Shown piece by piece: positions 10,466-20,364 of a DNA stretch of 33,663 bases. Made by a program: the position numbers and the translations under genes. The stretch lies in contig RQSC01000030.1 of assembly GCA_013416795.1 (NCBI GenBank), forward strand, positions 281,158 to 314,820. The letters run 5' to 3'. The stretch's first letter is position 1, and every line of letters begins with the position of its first letter. The notes beneath the pieces are model-generated. The model saw only the letters and a list, made by a program, of their open reading frames with translations. It did not search any database and was not told the DNA's origin. The DNA comes from Prasinococcaceae sp. CCMP 1430. Its lineage: Eukaryota > Plantae > Prasinodermophyta.

Positions 10466-13165
10466 ATGGCGGCCTTGGAACCCCCGCCGTCCGGCGTTCC
10501 AAGTGGCGGCGCGTCCGACGCCGACCCGTGCGCTGCAGTGCTCTTCGGGTACAGCTCGTGCGGGCAGGCGAACGGCTCGGTGGTCCCGCAGGACGCACCG
10601 GTGGCTCAGGTCTCGCTGGGGTGGGAGCACACTGCAGTGGTGACCGCGGAGAGGCAATTGTACGTGTGGGGCTCGAATGAGTTCGGTCAGCGCGGTGACG
10701 GCGGCGCCGACGGCGACGCGGGAAACGGCGCCACCGCAGTGGGCGCGGGCGCCGCGAGGCCGATGGGCACCACGAAGGTCGTCGCGGTCGCGTGCGGCGC
10801 GCACCACACTGCGGCACTCACTCCGGAAGGGCGTGTGTACTCGTGGGGGCGCTACCAGCGTGCGAGCCTGCCCAAGCACGTCAAGCTGCCCTCGCCCGTG
10901 ATGCAGGTCGCGTGCGGCGGCCGACACACGCTCGCGCTGCTCGAGACATACCGTGTATTCGCGTGGGGGTACAACGAATACGGCCAGCTCGGCTGCGGGC
11001 GCACGTCGCAGTGCATGCAGCACGTGCCGTCGGAGATCACGCCGCTCCGAGTGCTCGAGCACGATGGTGATGGTGAAGATGGGGGCGCGGACGCCGCCGG
11101 CTCCGCGGGCGCCACCACGGACCTGGACGATGTCAACGCCGGCGGCGAATCGTCGGCTGCCGAAAGCGATGTGACGGACAGTGACATGTCCGACGCAAGC
11201 GAGGGCGAAGGCGATGCTACGGGCGCCAGCACTGACGCTGCTTCAGGGGCGACGTCGGACCGTCGCCGCCGGCGCCACCGGCGCCGCATGCGCCTGCGCA
11301 GACCCGCTTTCGTGGCCGCGGGAGGCGAGCACTCGCTGTGCCTCGACAGGAAGGGCAGCGTGTACAGCTGGGGCAACGGCGCCATCGGGCAGCTCGGCCA
11401 TGTGGACCTCAATGCCAAACTCGTCAGCGCCGATGCCGATGGACGCACGGACGGTGCGGTGTGCCCCTGCCCGCGTCGCGTCGCAGCACTGGAACTACTG
11501 CCGTGCTCGGCCGTGGCCGCGGGCCATGCGCATTCAGTCGCGCTTTCCGAGCGTGGCGCAGTGTATGTGTGGGGATCAAACCTCGATGGGCAATGTGGGC
11601 TGGGTGTGCCCCCGTGCGTGGGACTGGGCTCGGCGCGCGAGTCCGCCGAGGCCAGCGCAGCCGTGTGGAGCCCCGAGTTGCTCATGCAAGGCGGCGCCAC
11701 GCGCGTCGATTGCGGCACCAGCCACACGCTGGTGCTCAAGGATAACGGCGACGTCTTCGGATGCGGCTACAACGGCTACCGCCAGGTCAGCGGTCCCACC
11801 GCTCGCAGCTCTCCGCGCACCCTATGGCATCCATGCCGCTTCCCCCGCGACAGCTTGCCGCCGGAGGGCGCGGTGCGGGAGGTCATGTGCGGAGGCGGAC
11901 ACAGCGCGCTGCTCGTGGATGTAGGCGACGCCGTCGTGCTCGCGCGCACCCCGCGTGCGCCCGTTGCCGCGCGGGCAGAAGCGACGCCGGCCTCAGAACG
12001 CTCCGCTGCGGCCGCAGGCACGGGCGCTGCGTCCAGCGAGGGCACTGTGCGTGCCGTGCGTGAGTCAATCGAGGCAATCGACGTCCCAAAGGACATCACA
12101 GTTGGCAGCCGGGTGGCGGTCGTGGTGAGGGCTGCCGCGGACGAGCGCGACCCAGGGAAATTGTACTCGTTCATGCCCCGGCCTGCGCACGTGGCGACCT
12201 TGGGCTCAGCGTGCGAGGTCATTCTCGACGACGGGCGGGACCTCGAGGTGCCGCTCGAACGCATCGAGGCATGGGAGGCCTACCGTCAGGGAGTGGGCAA
12301 GTACGCTGGCACCGTGGTCGGCCCGGAAGAGCGCCTCGAGGCGTGCATGGCCCTCGTCGACGCGGGCAACAAGGCCGTTTCAGAGCGCGGTGCGACGGCC
12401 GCCGCGGCAGCAGCGTACGGCGCGGCTCTCTCCCTCTTACCGCAGAGCACTTCCAGCTCGGGAGGCAACAATGACGGCGACTCGCGCACCCTCGATGTTG
12501 GCGCGCTCGTCGCCGTGCGGCAACCCGCCCGCCGCAAGGAGGGCACGCCTGACTGGCGGCCAGCCATGGTCTCGTGCCACTATGGGGGAACCCCGGGAGT
12601 CGAGTTGACGTACGACGTGCTCTACGACGATGACCTCGAGCCAGACGAGGAGGAGGACGTCCCTGCTGCGCGCATACAAGGCATTGTGTCTGGCCAAGCA
12701 GCTGCGTTGGACGAGGGCGGCGGCGCGTCGGCGGCAGCGGCCATAGCGCGTGAGCGCGCGCGCGCGGGGCGCAACCTCGCCAAGGTGCTACTTGACCTGG
12801 GTGAATTGGCCGCCGCGTGCTGTGCGGCGGGCTGGGCCGTCGCCGACGACCCCGAGAGCGCGAAGGCCCTGTATCTGCGCGGGCGGGCGCGCCTCGAGAG
12901 CGGCGAGCTCGAGGGCGCCCTCGCCGACGCGCGGGCGGCCGCTCGCGGCGCGCCGAACAGCGGCGAGGCGCGCGAGCTGCTCGCTCGTTGCCGTGTGGCG
13001 CTTGCCGAACGCCGCGCGTCGGATCAGTCGCTCTTCCGAATGGTGTTCGGTTGGGCAAATGCTGCTGCGGGCGTTGCGAGGTCCGCAGCAGGCTCGGCGG
13101 CCAGTACCGCCAGCATGGTGGGCGATCTGCTGAGTCGGAAAAATGGCGAGGGGATTGATGACTGA
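10466..13165 (+). CDS. RCC1-repeat protein with Tudor-like and TPR regions (single long exon, ~900 aa)
   Basis: RCC1 repeats: VSLGWEHTAVVT..QLYVWGSNEFGQRG, VACGAHHTAAL..GRVYSWG, VACGGRHTLAL..VFAWGYNEYGQLG, VAAGGEHSLCL..VYSWGNGAIGQLG, VAAGHAHSVAL..VYVWGSNLDGQCG, CGTSHTL. C-terminal TPR: DPESAKALYLRGRARLESGELEGALADARAAARGAPNS. First ATG is at 10466. Confidence 0.9.
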   Translation: MAALEPPPSGVPSGGASDADPCAAVLFGYSSCGQANGSVVPQDAPVAQVSLGWEHTAVVTAERQLYVWGSNEFGQRGDGGADGDAGNGATAVGAGAARPMGTTKVVAVACGAHHTAALTPEGRVYSWGRYQRASLPKHVKLPSPVMQVACGGRHTLALLETYRVFAWGYNEYGQLGCGRTSQCMQHVPSEITPLRVLEHDGDGEDGGADAAGSAGATTDLDDVNAGGESSAAESDVTDSDMSDASEGEGDATGASTDAASGATSDRRRRRHRRRMRLRRPAFVAAGGEHSLCLDRKGSVYSWGNGAIGQLGHVDLNAKLVSADADGRTDGAVCPCPRRVAALELLPCSAVAAGHAHSVALSERGAVYVWGSNLDGQCGLGVPPCVGLGSARESAEASAAVWSPELLMQGGATRVDCGTSHTLVLKDNGDVFGCGYNGYRQVSGPTARSSPRTLWHPCRFPRDSLPPEGAVREVMCGGGHSALLVDVGDAVVLARTPRAPVAARAEATPASERSAAAAGTGAASSEGTVRAVRESIEAIDVPKDITVGSRVAVVVRAAADERDPGKLYSFMPRPAHVATLGSACEVILDDGRDLEVPLERIEAWEAYRQGVGKYAGTVVGPEERLEACMALVDAGNKAVSERGATAAAAAAYGAALSLLPQSTSSSGGNNDGDSRTLDVGALVAVRQPARRKEGTPDWRPAMVSCHYGGTPGVELTYDVLYDDDLEPDEEEDVPAARIQGIVSGQAAALDEGGGASAAAAIARERARAGRNLAKVLLDLGELAAACCAAGWAVADDPESAKALYLRGRARLESGELEGALADARAAARGAPNSGEARELLARCRVALAERRASDQSLFRMVFGWANAAAGVARSAAGSAASTASMVGDLLSRKNGEGIDD

Positions 13166-13311
13166 GGGGCAGCATCTATCGGTGCGAGTGCGAGCTCTCG
13201 CCCGCCGTTACCCGCCGCCGCCGCTGTCCGACCTGCCACGCGCGCTGGCATCAATTTAACGCTCGATTCTTTTACCGCTCAGAGTAGGCCACAGTGCGTC
13301 TCGCTCTCCGG

Positions 13312-14360
13312 CTAGTCCTCGAGGACGGCGCGCGTGAATTGCCAGGCCGGAGACCAGACTGCCTGGCACAGGTCGATGGGCAGCTTGTCCTCGCTGTTGG
13401 TGAGGGTTTTGTCCGCGCCCTGTTCGAGCAGCTCCTTGACTATCTCCACGTGGCCACGCATGGCCGCCCAGTGCAGCGCGGTGTTGTCGCTCACATCGAG
13501 CGCGTCGATCTCGGCGCCCTCCTCGAGCAGGAACTTCACTGTCTGCAAGTGCCCGTTGTGAGCCGCGCGGTGGAGCGGCGTGTCGCGCATCATCCCGCAC
13601 TGCTGGAGGTCGGCGCCCTCGTCAATGAGGAACTTCGCCACTGCGAGATGCCCATTGCCGGCTGCGAGCACCAGGGGGGGGTCGCCGCAGAAGTCCGCCT
13701 CGTTCAGAGGGGCGCCCTCGGCGACATGTTCCTGCAGGGTTCGCGCAAGCGCGGGTGCAGAAGATCGAGTTTAAGGTTGAGGCGGACCACAACCGCGTTG
13801 ATGGGTACGAGCGAAGCGGCACAATGTGTGGGGCACCGACGGTGGAGACAATGGCACGTTAGCCACACAGAAAACACGATGCGGCCGCTCAGCGCGCCGA
13901 TGGGCGCGACGCGCTGCGGCGCGCGACCCCTTTCCCGCGCACCCTCAACCCCCCCCCCTACCCCTCCCCTGAGCGCACGGGTGAAAAAGCCGTCGCAATC
14001 AGACCTCCCAAAAAGTGGGCAGGCGAAGAGTCCCCGGCCGCGTCCTCGGGGCAGCCGCACACGCACGCCATGCGGTGCCCCCTCCGTGTCCGCGCACGCG
14101 CGTACCTTCACCCAGTCTGCGTCGACGGTTGAAAGGACGGCCGATAGCGTCGCGCACGGCGCGGATGAGCCGGACGCGAGGGAGTATGGGGAGGCGCGGG
14201 TGGCCGCGGGCGGCGGGCGGCGGGTGGCACTCCAGCCAGCCACGCAGTCGATCGACGACTCCTCATACAAATCCAACCAACGACGGCAATTCCGACGCCG
14301 AGCGATTCCGACCGGGAAAAACGGATCGTTCGGCAGGCTCGGTGAAGCGCCGTTCGACAC

Positions 14361-14413
<53 letters not shown>

Positions 14414-14841
14414 GCAAGGGAGAGCAAGCAAGAGCAGTGTCGCCAGCCAGGAAGTGCGAATATCCATCCACCCCCCGCATCTTCCTCCCGTTCCACGCCC
14501 CGACGACACCCAACCAACCGAAACAACGACGGTGCGTTGACTGACCGATTGACGCTGCATCGGTTCGTTGGTTGGAATTGGAAACGCGTTGGAGTCAATC
14601 AAAGCGCATTCGGAATTCGAACCGCCGCGCGGCGCCGCGCGGTCGGGGCGCGCGCGGTCGGCCCACGCGCGACCACACCACCACCGCACGCGCAGCAGCA
14701 GACACGCGCCGGCCACCCGCCGCCGCGCCGCGCGAGGCCGCGCCCTCTCCCTCGCGCCGCACCAATGTAGCCGTCGACGCAGTCCCTCCAAATGTTAGTC
14801 TTCTCCGGGATGTACCGCCCCGAGACGAGGTCCCACGGCAT
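13312..14841 (-). CDS. Small ankyrin-repeat protein (169 aa), 3 exons (14841-14763, 14116-14106, 13731-13312)
   Basis: Exon 3 reads EHVAEGAPLNEADFCGDPPLVLAAGNGH...DTPLHRAAHNGH...NTALHWAAMRGH. Exon 1 MPWDLVSGRYIPEKTNIWRDCVDGYI ends phase 1 at GTGCGG. The 11-nt microexon CAG|ACTGGGTGAAG|GTACGC restores the frame (DWVK). 79+11+420=510 nt. Confidence 0.85.
14361..14414. repeat. (TGTC)13 tetranucleotide microsatellite in intron 1 of the ankyrin gene
   Basis: Perfect TGTC repeat read directly from the sequence. Confidence 0.97.
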
Positions 14842-15195
14842 GGTCGCGGCCGTGGAGGAGGTAGGAGGGGGGAGGGGGGAGGGAAAGGGGGGCGCGTCCG
14901 ACGCGCGAAGTGTCACGCGCGCAACGCAGCGCGCGCCAAATGCTGCTCAATGCTTTTTGATGGCTGCTGGTCGGGCGCGGGAGGCGGCGCCCCGTTCCCC
15001 GCCTGTTCCCCGAAACGTGTCGCTTCGCGCGCGCGCGCGCGCGCCTTCGAGGCGCGATCACGACAGAACCAGCGCGCGGGCACGCGCTGGACCCCCACGC
15101 TCGACTGAGCCGCATCCGCACCGGAAGCGAGGAGAGCCGCACGGGCGGGGGATTGGAGGGGGTGCGCAAACGCGGCGGTATTACGAGGGCTGACA

Positions 15196-17799
15196 TCACT
15201 GGCGCGACCTCCTGCGCTCGGTGCGCTGCAGCTTCTCAAACCTGGTCCTGAGGTCCTTGCGATACGTCTGCCAGTGCATGTCTGCGCCGTGGCTGGGGCG
15301 CACGAAGGCGCTCGCGTCGACAGCTATGGGCGCCACCTTCTTGGGCTTGAGCGCCACGGCCGCCGCGGCCGCCGCGGGAAGCGCAAAGTCTGCCGCGGTG
15401 AGCTCCGCCGGACCTGGCGGTGCGCTGCCGCCCTGCTGCTTGCCGCTTGCCCGTTGGCGCTCCCGTGCCTCGACGGCGGCCACCGCGTTCGCCGCGGCTG
15501 AGCTCGCAGTGTGCGGCGACCATGCAGCGGCGGGCGATGTCGCCTTGGTGGCGTCAGGCGCCCAAGCAGGCGTCAGCGTCTGCCCGCCGCGGTCGCCACT
15601 GCCGCTACCACCCAACCCGCCATTGATGTCCATGTCCAGATCCATGCCCAGGACCGAGCCCTCGGGCGGCTTGTCATCCCGCGGCCGACGCTGCGCCTGC
15701 TCTTCACCTGCCGCTGTTCCACCCAGCTTGAAGCTCGACGTGGTGAGCTCGCCGAGGTCCTCCCGCCACATGCCAGTCTTGCAGGCGTTGGCCGCACCTG
15801 CAACGTCTCCGCTGCCGCCCGCTGAGCGTGCCGGCGGATCACTGCCGCCGCCGATGACAGCGCCCAGAGTAAAGGCACCGGTCGTGATGTCGCCGATGTT
15901 GTCGCGCCACATACCCGTCTTGCAGCTCGCCTCGCCCCAGCGTTTGCCAATGTCTGCCGCCGCCGACTTCTGCAGCCGCTCCGCCTGGGCAGCCGCGCGG
16001 GCGTTCGCGCGCTCCCTCGCCGTGGGCTTCGCCTTCCCCGCGCCCCTGCCGCTGCTGACCCTTACGTTGGGAGCGGCCGTGTCTGTCTTTCCCTTCTTGG
16101 TCCTCTTCGGTGGAGGCGCATCATCGGAAGGCGCACCATCGTCGCTGCCCTCGCGGCTGTCCGTGTCCGCCTCGGCGGCGGCGTTGGTGAGCTGTGGGAG
16201 CATGAAGTCGTCTTCGCTCTGGACGTCGTCGCCCGCATCACCAAGGCCTGCCATCTCGCGCTGGAGTGCGGCCTCGAGCAGGTCCTCGCCGGTGGGGGCA
16301 CTCATCGCTTGCGCGCCTGACCCAGCCCCAGCCACGTCTTTTCTTGAGCGGAGTGGCGCGGCATCCGCGCCTTCAGCAGTGCCATCGAGGCCCTTGAGCT
16401 GTGGCAGGAGAACATCATCATCGTCGCCGCCGTCTTCACTGCCACTGCCGCCGTTGCCAGCCGAAGCAACGTCGCCGCCCATCTCTCGCGCGAGCGCCGC
16501 CGTCAGCAGGTCCTCTCCGGAGGGCGCGGCTCCCTTCTCCTCGACCTCGCCTGCAGCTTGACCCTCACGGACGCCGTCGTCTGCGCCGCCCGCATCACCT
16601 TTGTCCGCCTTGTTCGCTGCCGCTCTTCTGGCCTTTGCCTTGGCTTTGGCCTTTGCTTTGGCCTCCGCCCGCGCCTCCGCCCGCGCTTTGGGCTTGCTCT
16701 TGCTGGCAGGGCTCACCACGCCTGCGTCGAGGCCGGCGAGCTGCGGCAAGAGCAGGTCGTCTTCGTCGTCTCCGCCACCGCCGCCGGTGGCGCCCATCTC
16801 TGCCGCGAGGGCGTTCGCCATCGCATCGGCCATCGGGTCAGGGGCTACATTGTTGGCAGTCTCGCTTGCACCGCCCTTCTTGCCGCTGTCATCTGCCGGC
16901 ATCTGCACCGCGCTGGCCCTCGCCTTGGCCTGCTTGGAGCGCTTGGCGAGCTGCTCGAAAGCGCTCTCGACGTCGAGCGCCTCCGCGGCGCTTTCCTCCA
17001 TCTCGCGGCGCGTGCGCCGAGAGGGGCGCGCGGGGCCCTCGCCGCCGTCCTCTGCCACGCCCCCGTCTGCACGCGGCTCCTGCGCGGCGGCATCTCCGCC
17101 GCCTGCCATGCCAGCGGCCACCCGCGCGCTGGTGCGCCCTCCGCCGCGAGCGCCGCCGGCCTCGAGCATGCGCTCGAGCAGCGCCATCGCGCTGCCCTTT
17201 TCCGCGGTGAGCGCAACGCGCACATCGTCGTGCAGCGCGTGGTCACGAAACTCGGCATTCTCCCACTTCTCCGCCGCGGCTGCGGCCGCCTCCACGGCCT
17301 CGGCCGCGCGCTGCGCGGCGGCCTCGGCCGCCTCCCTGGCAGCCTCGGCGGCCTTCCGCGCGCACTCCTCGGCCTCAGACGCAGCCCTCTCGCGCTCCCG
17401 CGCGTGCGCATCAAGCGCGCTTTCCTTCGCCTCCTCGACGCGCACGCGTCTGCCTTCCCATGTCGCGCCGCGATACGCCGCGCGCAGTCTACCGAGCGCG
17501 CCAGAGTCGCGGGGCGCGAGCGTGATGAACGCGTATGCCTCCTGCGCGACAGCAGCGTGCACGCCGCCGCGCACGCACTTCTCGGGCACGTGGGGCTCGC
17601 CTACGACCACCCCGAAGGGCGCGAAGCGCGCGCGCAGCGCAGCACGCGCCGCTTCGGCGCCGTCGAAGACCGGCAATCCGCCGATGAAGAGCTTCACGCG
17701 CGCGGGTATGCCCTCGCTGCCGCGCTCGCCGTCCGCACCTCCCGCACCTGCCGCGCCCGCTGCGGCGGCGCCTGCCGCCTCTGCCGCCGCCGCCGCCAT
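15196..17799 (-). CDS. NOL8: NOL8/Nop8-like nucleolar RRM protein (~867 aa)
   Basis: N-terminal RRM with KLFIGGL (RNP2) and AYAFITL (RNP1). YRGATWEGRRVRVEEAKESALDAHARERE resembles the NOL8-type RRM end (W.G..L....AKESF...L..ER). It has a long acidic/low-complexity middle and a basic C-terminus, WQTYRKDLRTRFEKLQRTERRRSRQ. Orthology is from recalled motifs only. Confidence 0.7.
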   Translation of the reverse strand: MAAAAAEAAGAAAAGAAGAGGADGERGSEGIPARVKLFIGGLPVFDGAEAARAALRARFAPFGVVVGEPHVPEKCVRGGVHAAVAQEAYAFITLAPRDSGALGRLRAAYRGATWEGRRVRVEEAKESALDAHARERERAASEAEECARKAAEAAREAAEAAAQRAAEAVEAAAAAAEKWENAEFRDHALHDDVRVALTAEKGSAMALLERMLEAGGARGGGRTSARVAAGMAGGGDAAAQEPRADGGVAEDGGEGPARPSRRTRREMEESAAEALDVESAFEQLAKRSKQAKARASAVQMPADDSGKKGGASETANNVAPDPMADAMANALAAEMGATGGGGGDDEDDLLLPQLAGLDAGVVSPASKSKPKARAEARAEAKAKAKAKAKARRAAANKADKGDAGGADDGVREGQAAGEVEEKGAAPSGEDLLTAALAREMGGDVASAGNGGSGSEDGGDDDDVLLPQLKGLDGTAEGADAAPLRSRKDVAGAGSGAQAMSAPTGEDLLEAALQREMAGLGDAGDDVQSEDDFMLPQLTNAAAEADTDSREGSDDGAPSDDAPPPKRTKKGKTDTAAPNVRVSSGRGAGKAKPTARERANARAAAQAERLQKSAAADIGKRWGEASCKTGMWRDNIGDITTGAFTLGAVIGGGSDPPARSAGGSGDVAGAANACKTGMWREDLGELTTSSFKLGGTAAGEEQAQRRPRDDKPPEGSVLGMDLDMDINGGLGGSGSGDRGGQTLTPAWAPDATKATSPAAAWSPHTASSAAANAVAAVEARERQRASGKQQGGSAPPGPAELTAADFALPAAAAAAVALKPKKVAPIAVDASAFVRPSHGADMHWQTYRKDLRTRFEKLQRTERRRSRQ

Positions 17800-18071
17800 T
17801 GCGTCCCCGCCCGTCCGCCCTTTCTCTCTCTCTCTCTCTGTGCCCCCCTTACCCGCGCGCGCGCTCCTGCCCACTCGCGTGCGCACTCGTGCGCTCGTGC
17901 GCAAGGCCGTGTGGCGCCGCGCCTCCGTCTGCATGCGCTGACGCCCTTTGTCCTGCCACGCACAGGTCAAGGTGGGCCGCGACGGCGATGCAGAGCTTTC
18001 CAGCGANGTCCGCAGGCGCAGGCGCACGCGCCGGCTTCCACGCGCGCCCGGCCGCGTCGGCGCGGGGCAGG

Positions 18072-19030
18072 ATGACGGGCGGTGCTCGGGGCGTGCGGCT
18101 AAGCCTCGGCGAGGCGCTGAACGCGCTCGGCATCGATGCATCGGGGGCTGATGATGCCGGCGCGCTACGGCGCGCGTACAAGCGCCTCGCGCTGAAGCAC
18201 CATCCTGACAAGGTGGGTGGAGTCGCGCGTGGCCGTCCATGTGCTCGCGGCCATTTGTGGCGGACTGTCCGAGCGCAGTCGCTGACGCGGAGCATCCCCC
18301 TCGCCCACCCGCACCGCGCTCGGTGCCCACACCCTCCCCTTCGCAGAACCCTGACGACAGAGAGGCGGCACAGGAGCGCTTCGTGCGCGTGACTGCGGCC
18401 TATCACTTCCTCAAGTCCCCCGCGGGCGCTCGGGCGCGCGATGGCGGCGATGCGGCGGGTGGCGTTGCAGCGGATTTCGACTGGGGCGCCTTCACTGCAG
18501 AGGGCGGCTTCAAGATGCCCAGCCTGGAGGAGATCCTGAGCATGGCTCTCGGGGGCACCAACATGAGTGAAGTGGACGAAATGCTACGAGCTGTGGGACA
18601 GCACCGCCCGCCGGAGGGCTTTGGCATCGCGCCCTTTCCCGCCTTCACGGCCGCAGAACGCAGCGCCGAGGACGCCAAGAGGGAGCACGCGCAGCGCACA
18701 TACCTCGAGAGCATCAAGGCAGATGAGCGCGCGAGCGCGGCGCATGAGTGCGCCGTCGCTATCCTTGCCGAGGAAGGCGACTCGAGGTGCGGCACCGCCT
18801 TCTTCCTGCGCCCATGACTTGACCTTTGCTGGCGCGTCATCTGACCCTCTTGTCCGCGCCCGCGTCGCCGCTGTCGATCATACGGCTCCAGCGACGGCGA
18901 GCTTGCCGGCGGTGGCTCGAAGGACCTCGGACTCGAGGAAAAGTTGAGGCGTGCGTTCGCCGAGGACGGGCTCGCAGGTGATGGCACGCCTTTGGACTCA
19001 GACAGTGCTGACGATCTCGAAGGCTGGTAG
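18072..19030 (+). CDS. DnaJ (J-domain) protein, 3 exons (18072-18212, 18347-18786, 18892-19030)
   Basis: LRRAYKRLALKHHPDK|NPDDREAAQERFVRVTAAYHFL contains the HPD motif. Introns are 18213-18346 (GTGGGT...CTGAC...TTCGCAG) and 18787-18891 (GTGCGG...CTGAC...CTCCAG). The third exon gives an acidic tail ending ...DDLEGW*. Confidence 0.9.
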
Positions 19031-19206
19031 CCCCCGCTCTGCAGAGCGACGCGCTCATCGCACGTGAGTGCGCGTGGGCGCGCATGATCCCTCCGTAGTC
19101 TGTACGTGTACACATAATACAAGCCAGGAAGCTGGTGGGAAGCTGGGGAGGTGGGATTGACGGGTGATACGGAGGTGATGCGCCTGGGTGGAGGCGAGCG
19201 CGCGCA

Positions 19207-20049
19207 CTAGATTTCCATCAGCGGTTTCGGACGCTGTCGCCGCGGTGAAGGCGTGAACATGGGCTCCGCCGGCGGCGGTGAGGGCGGAAGCACTGCACCG
19301 GCGCCCGCACCGCGTTCGGTGAACGCCTCCGTTCCCGGCACGCGGTGCGTGCTCGAAGCAGGGGGTGGCGGTGGTCGCACCACCGCGTTCAGCTCCGCTG
19401 CGACAGCCTTTGCAGCCGGCACTATGGCCGACGCGACTGGCGCCACCTGCTGCACCAACGTGCGCGGGAACGCCAGCACGTCGTCGATGATGACGCCCAG
19501 CATATCGCCGGCATGGCCCGCGTCCTTGAGCCGCTCGCCGAGGTCTGCCATCGCAGCTGCCGCGCTGCGCGGTAGCGTCAGGATGTCCGCGCCCGCGTCG
19601 GCGAGCGTGCGCAGCGGGGACCCCTCCTCTCCCGCCATCGTCTTGAGCGCCTCGGGGAACCGCTTGAGCTCGCTTCGCGCAAACTGTGCAGAGGCTGCCA
19701 CCTTCGCAGGCATCGCGCGTGCGCCGACCGCCGCGCCACGGGCGCGTGCGCCCGCCTTCGCCGCTAGCTCACGCGCCTGAGTGGAGTCCCGCGCCACCGC
19801 GTTGGCCACCACAGCGACTGTCGGGACGACGGCAACCGCGACCGCGATGCTCGTGATCCACGTGCTCGCCGGGCCGTCCATGCCGCGCGGCATCGGCCAC
19901 CCCGCCCATATCCCCTCGAAGAACGAGACAAGCCAGTACATGCTCGCGTCCACACGCCGCGCCACCGCCCCGCGCGCGACGCAACCCGCGCCCAGGAGCC
20001 CGCCGGAGGAGGCGGGGGCCCGCGGGGCCCACGGCGGCGCACGCCCGGG
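19207..20049 (-). CDS. Hypothetical protein with N-terminal hydrophobic segments (frame open into the N gap; first ATG near 19941)
   Basis: MYWLVSFFEGIWAGW...WITSIAVAVAVVPTVAVVANAV followed by amphipathic helices (FARSELKRFPEALK, LGVIIDDVLAFPRTLV). Codon pattern looks coding; no family is recognised. Confidence 0.6.
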   Translation of the reverse strand, partial: PGRAPPWAPRAPASSGGLLGAGCVARGAVARRVDASMYWLVSFFEGIWAGWPMPRGMDGPASTWITSIAVAVAVVPTVAVVANAVARDSTQARELAAKAGARARGAAVGARAMPAKVAASAQFARSELKRFPEALKTMAGEEGSPLRTLADAGADILTLPRSAAAAMADLGERLKDAGHAGDMLGVIIDDVLAFPRTLVQQVAPVASAIVPAAKAVAAELNAVVRPPPPPASSTHRVPGTEAFTERGAGAGAVLPPSPPPAEPMFTPSPRRQRPKPLMEI

Positions 20050-20364
20050 NNNNNNNNNNNNNNNNNNNNNNNNNNNNNNNNNNNNNNNNNNNNNNNNNNN
20101 NNNNNNNNNNNNNNNNNNNNNNNNNNNNNNNNNNNNNNNNNNNNNNNNNNNNNNNNNNNNNNNNNNNNNNNNNNNNNNNNNNNNNNNNNNNNNNNNNNNN
20201 NNNNNNNNNNNNNNNNNNNNNNNNNNNNNNNNNNNNNNNNNNNNNNNNNNNNNNNNNNNNNNNNNNNNNNNNNNNNNNNNNNNNNNNNNNNNNNNNNNNN
20301 NNNNNNNNNNNNNNNNNNNNNNNNNNNNNNNNNNNNNNNNNNNNNNNNNNNNNNNNNNNNNNNN
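20050..20364. other. Assembly gap (N run) between two divergent gene starts
   Basis: Run of N read directly. Confidence 0.99.
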
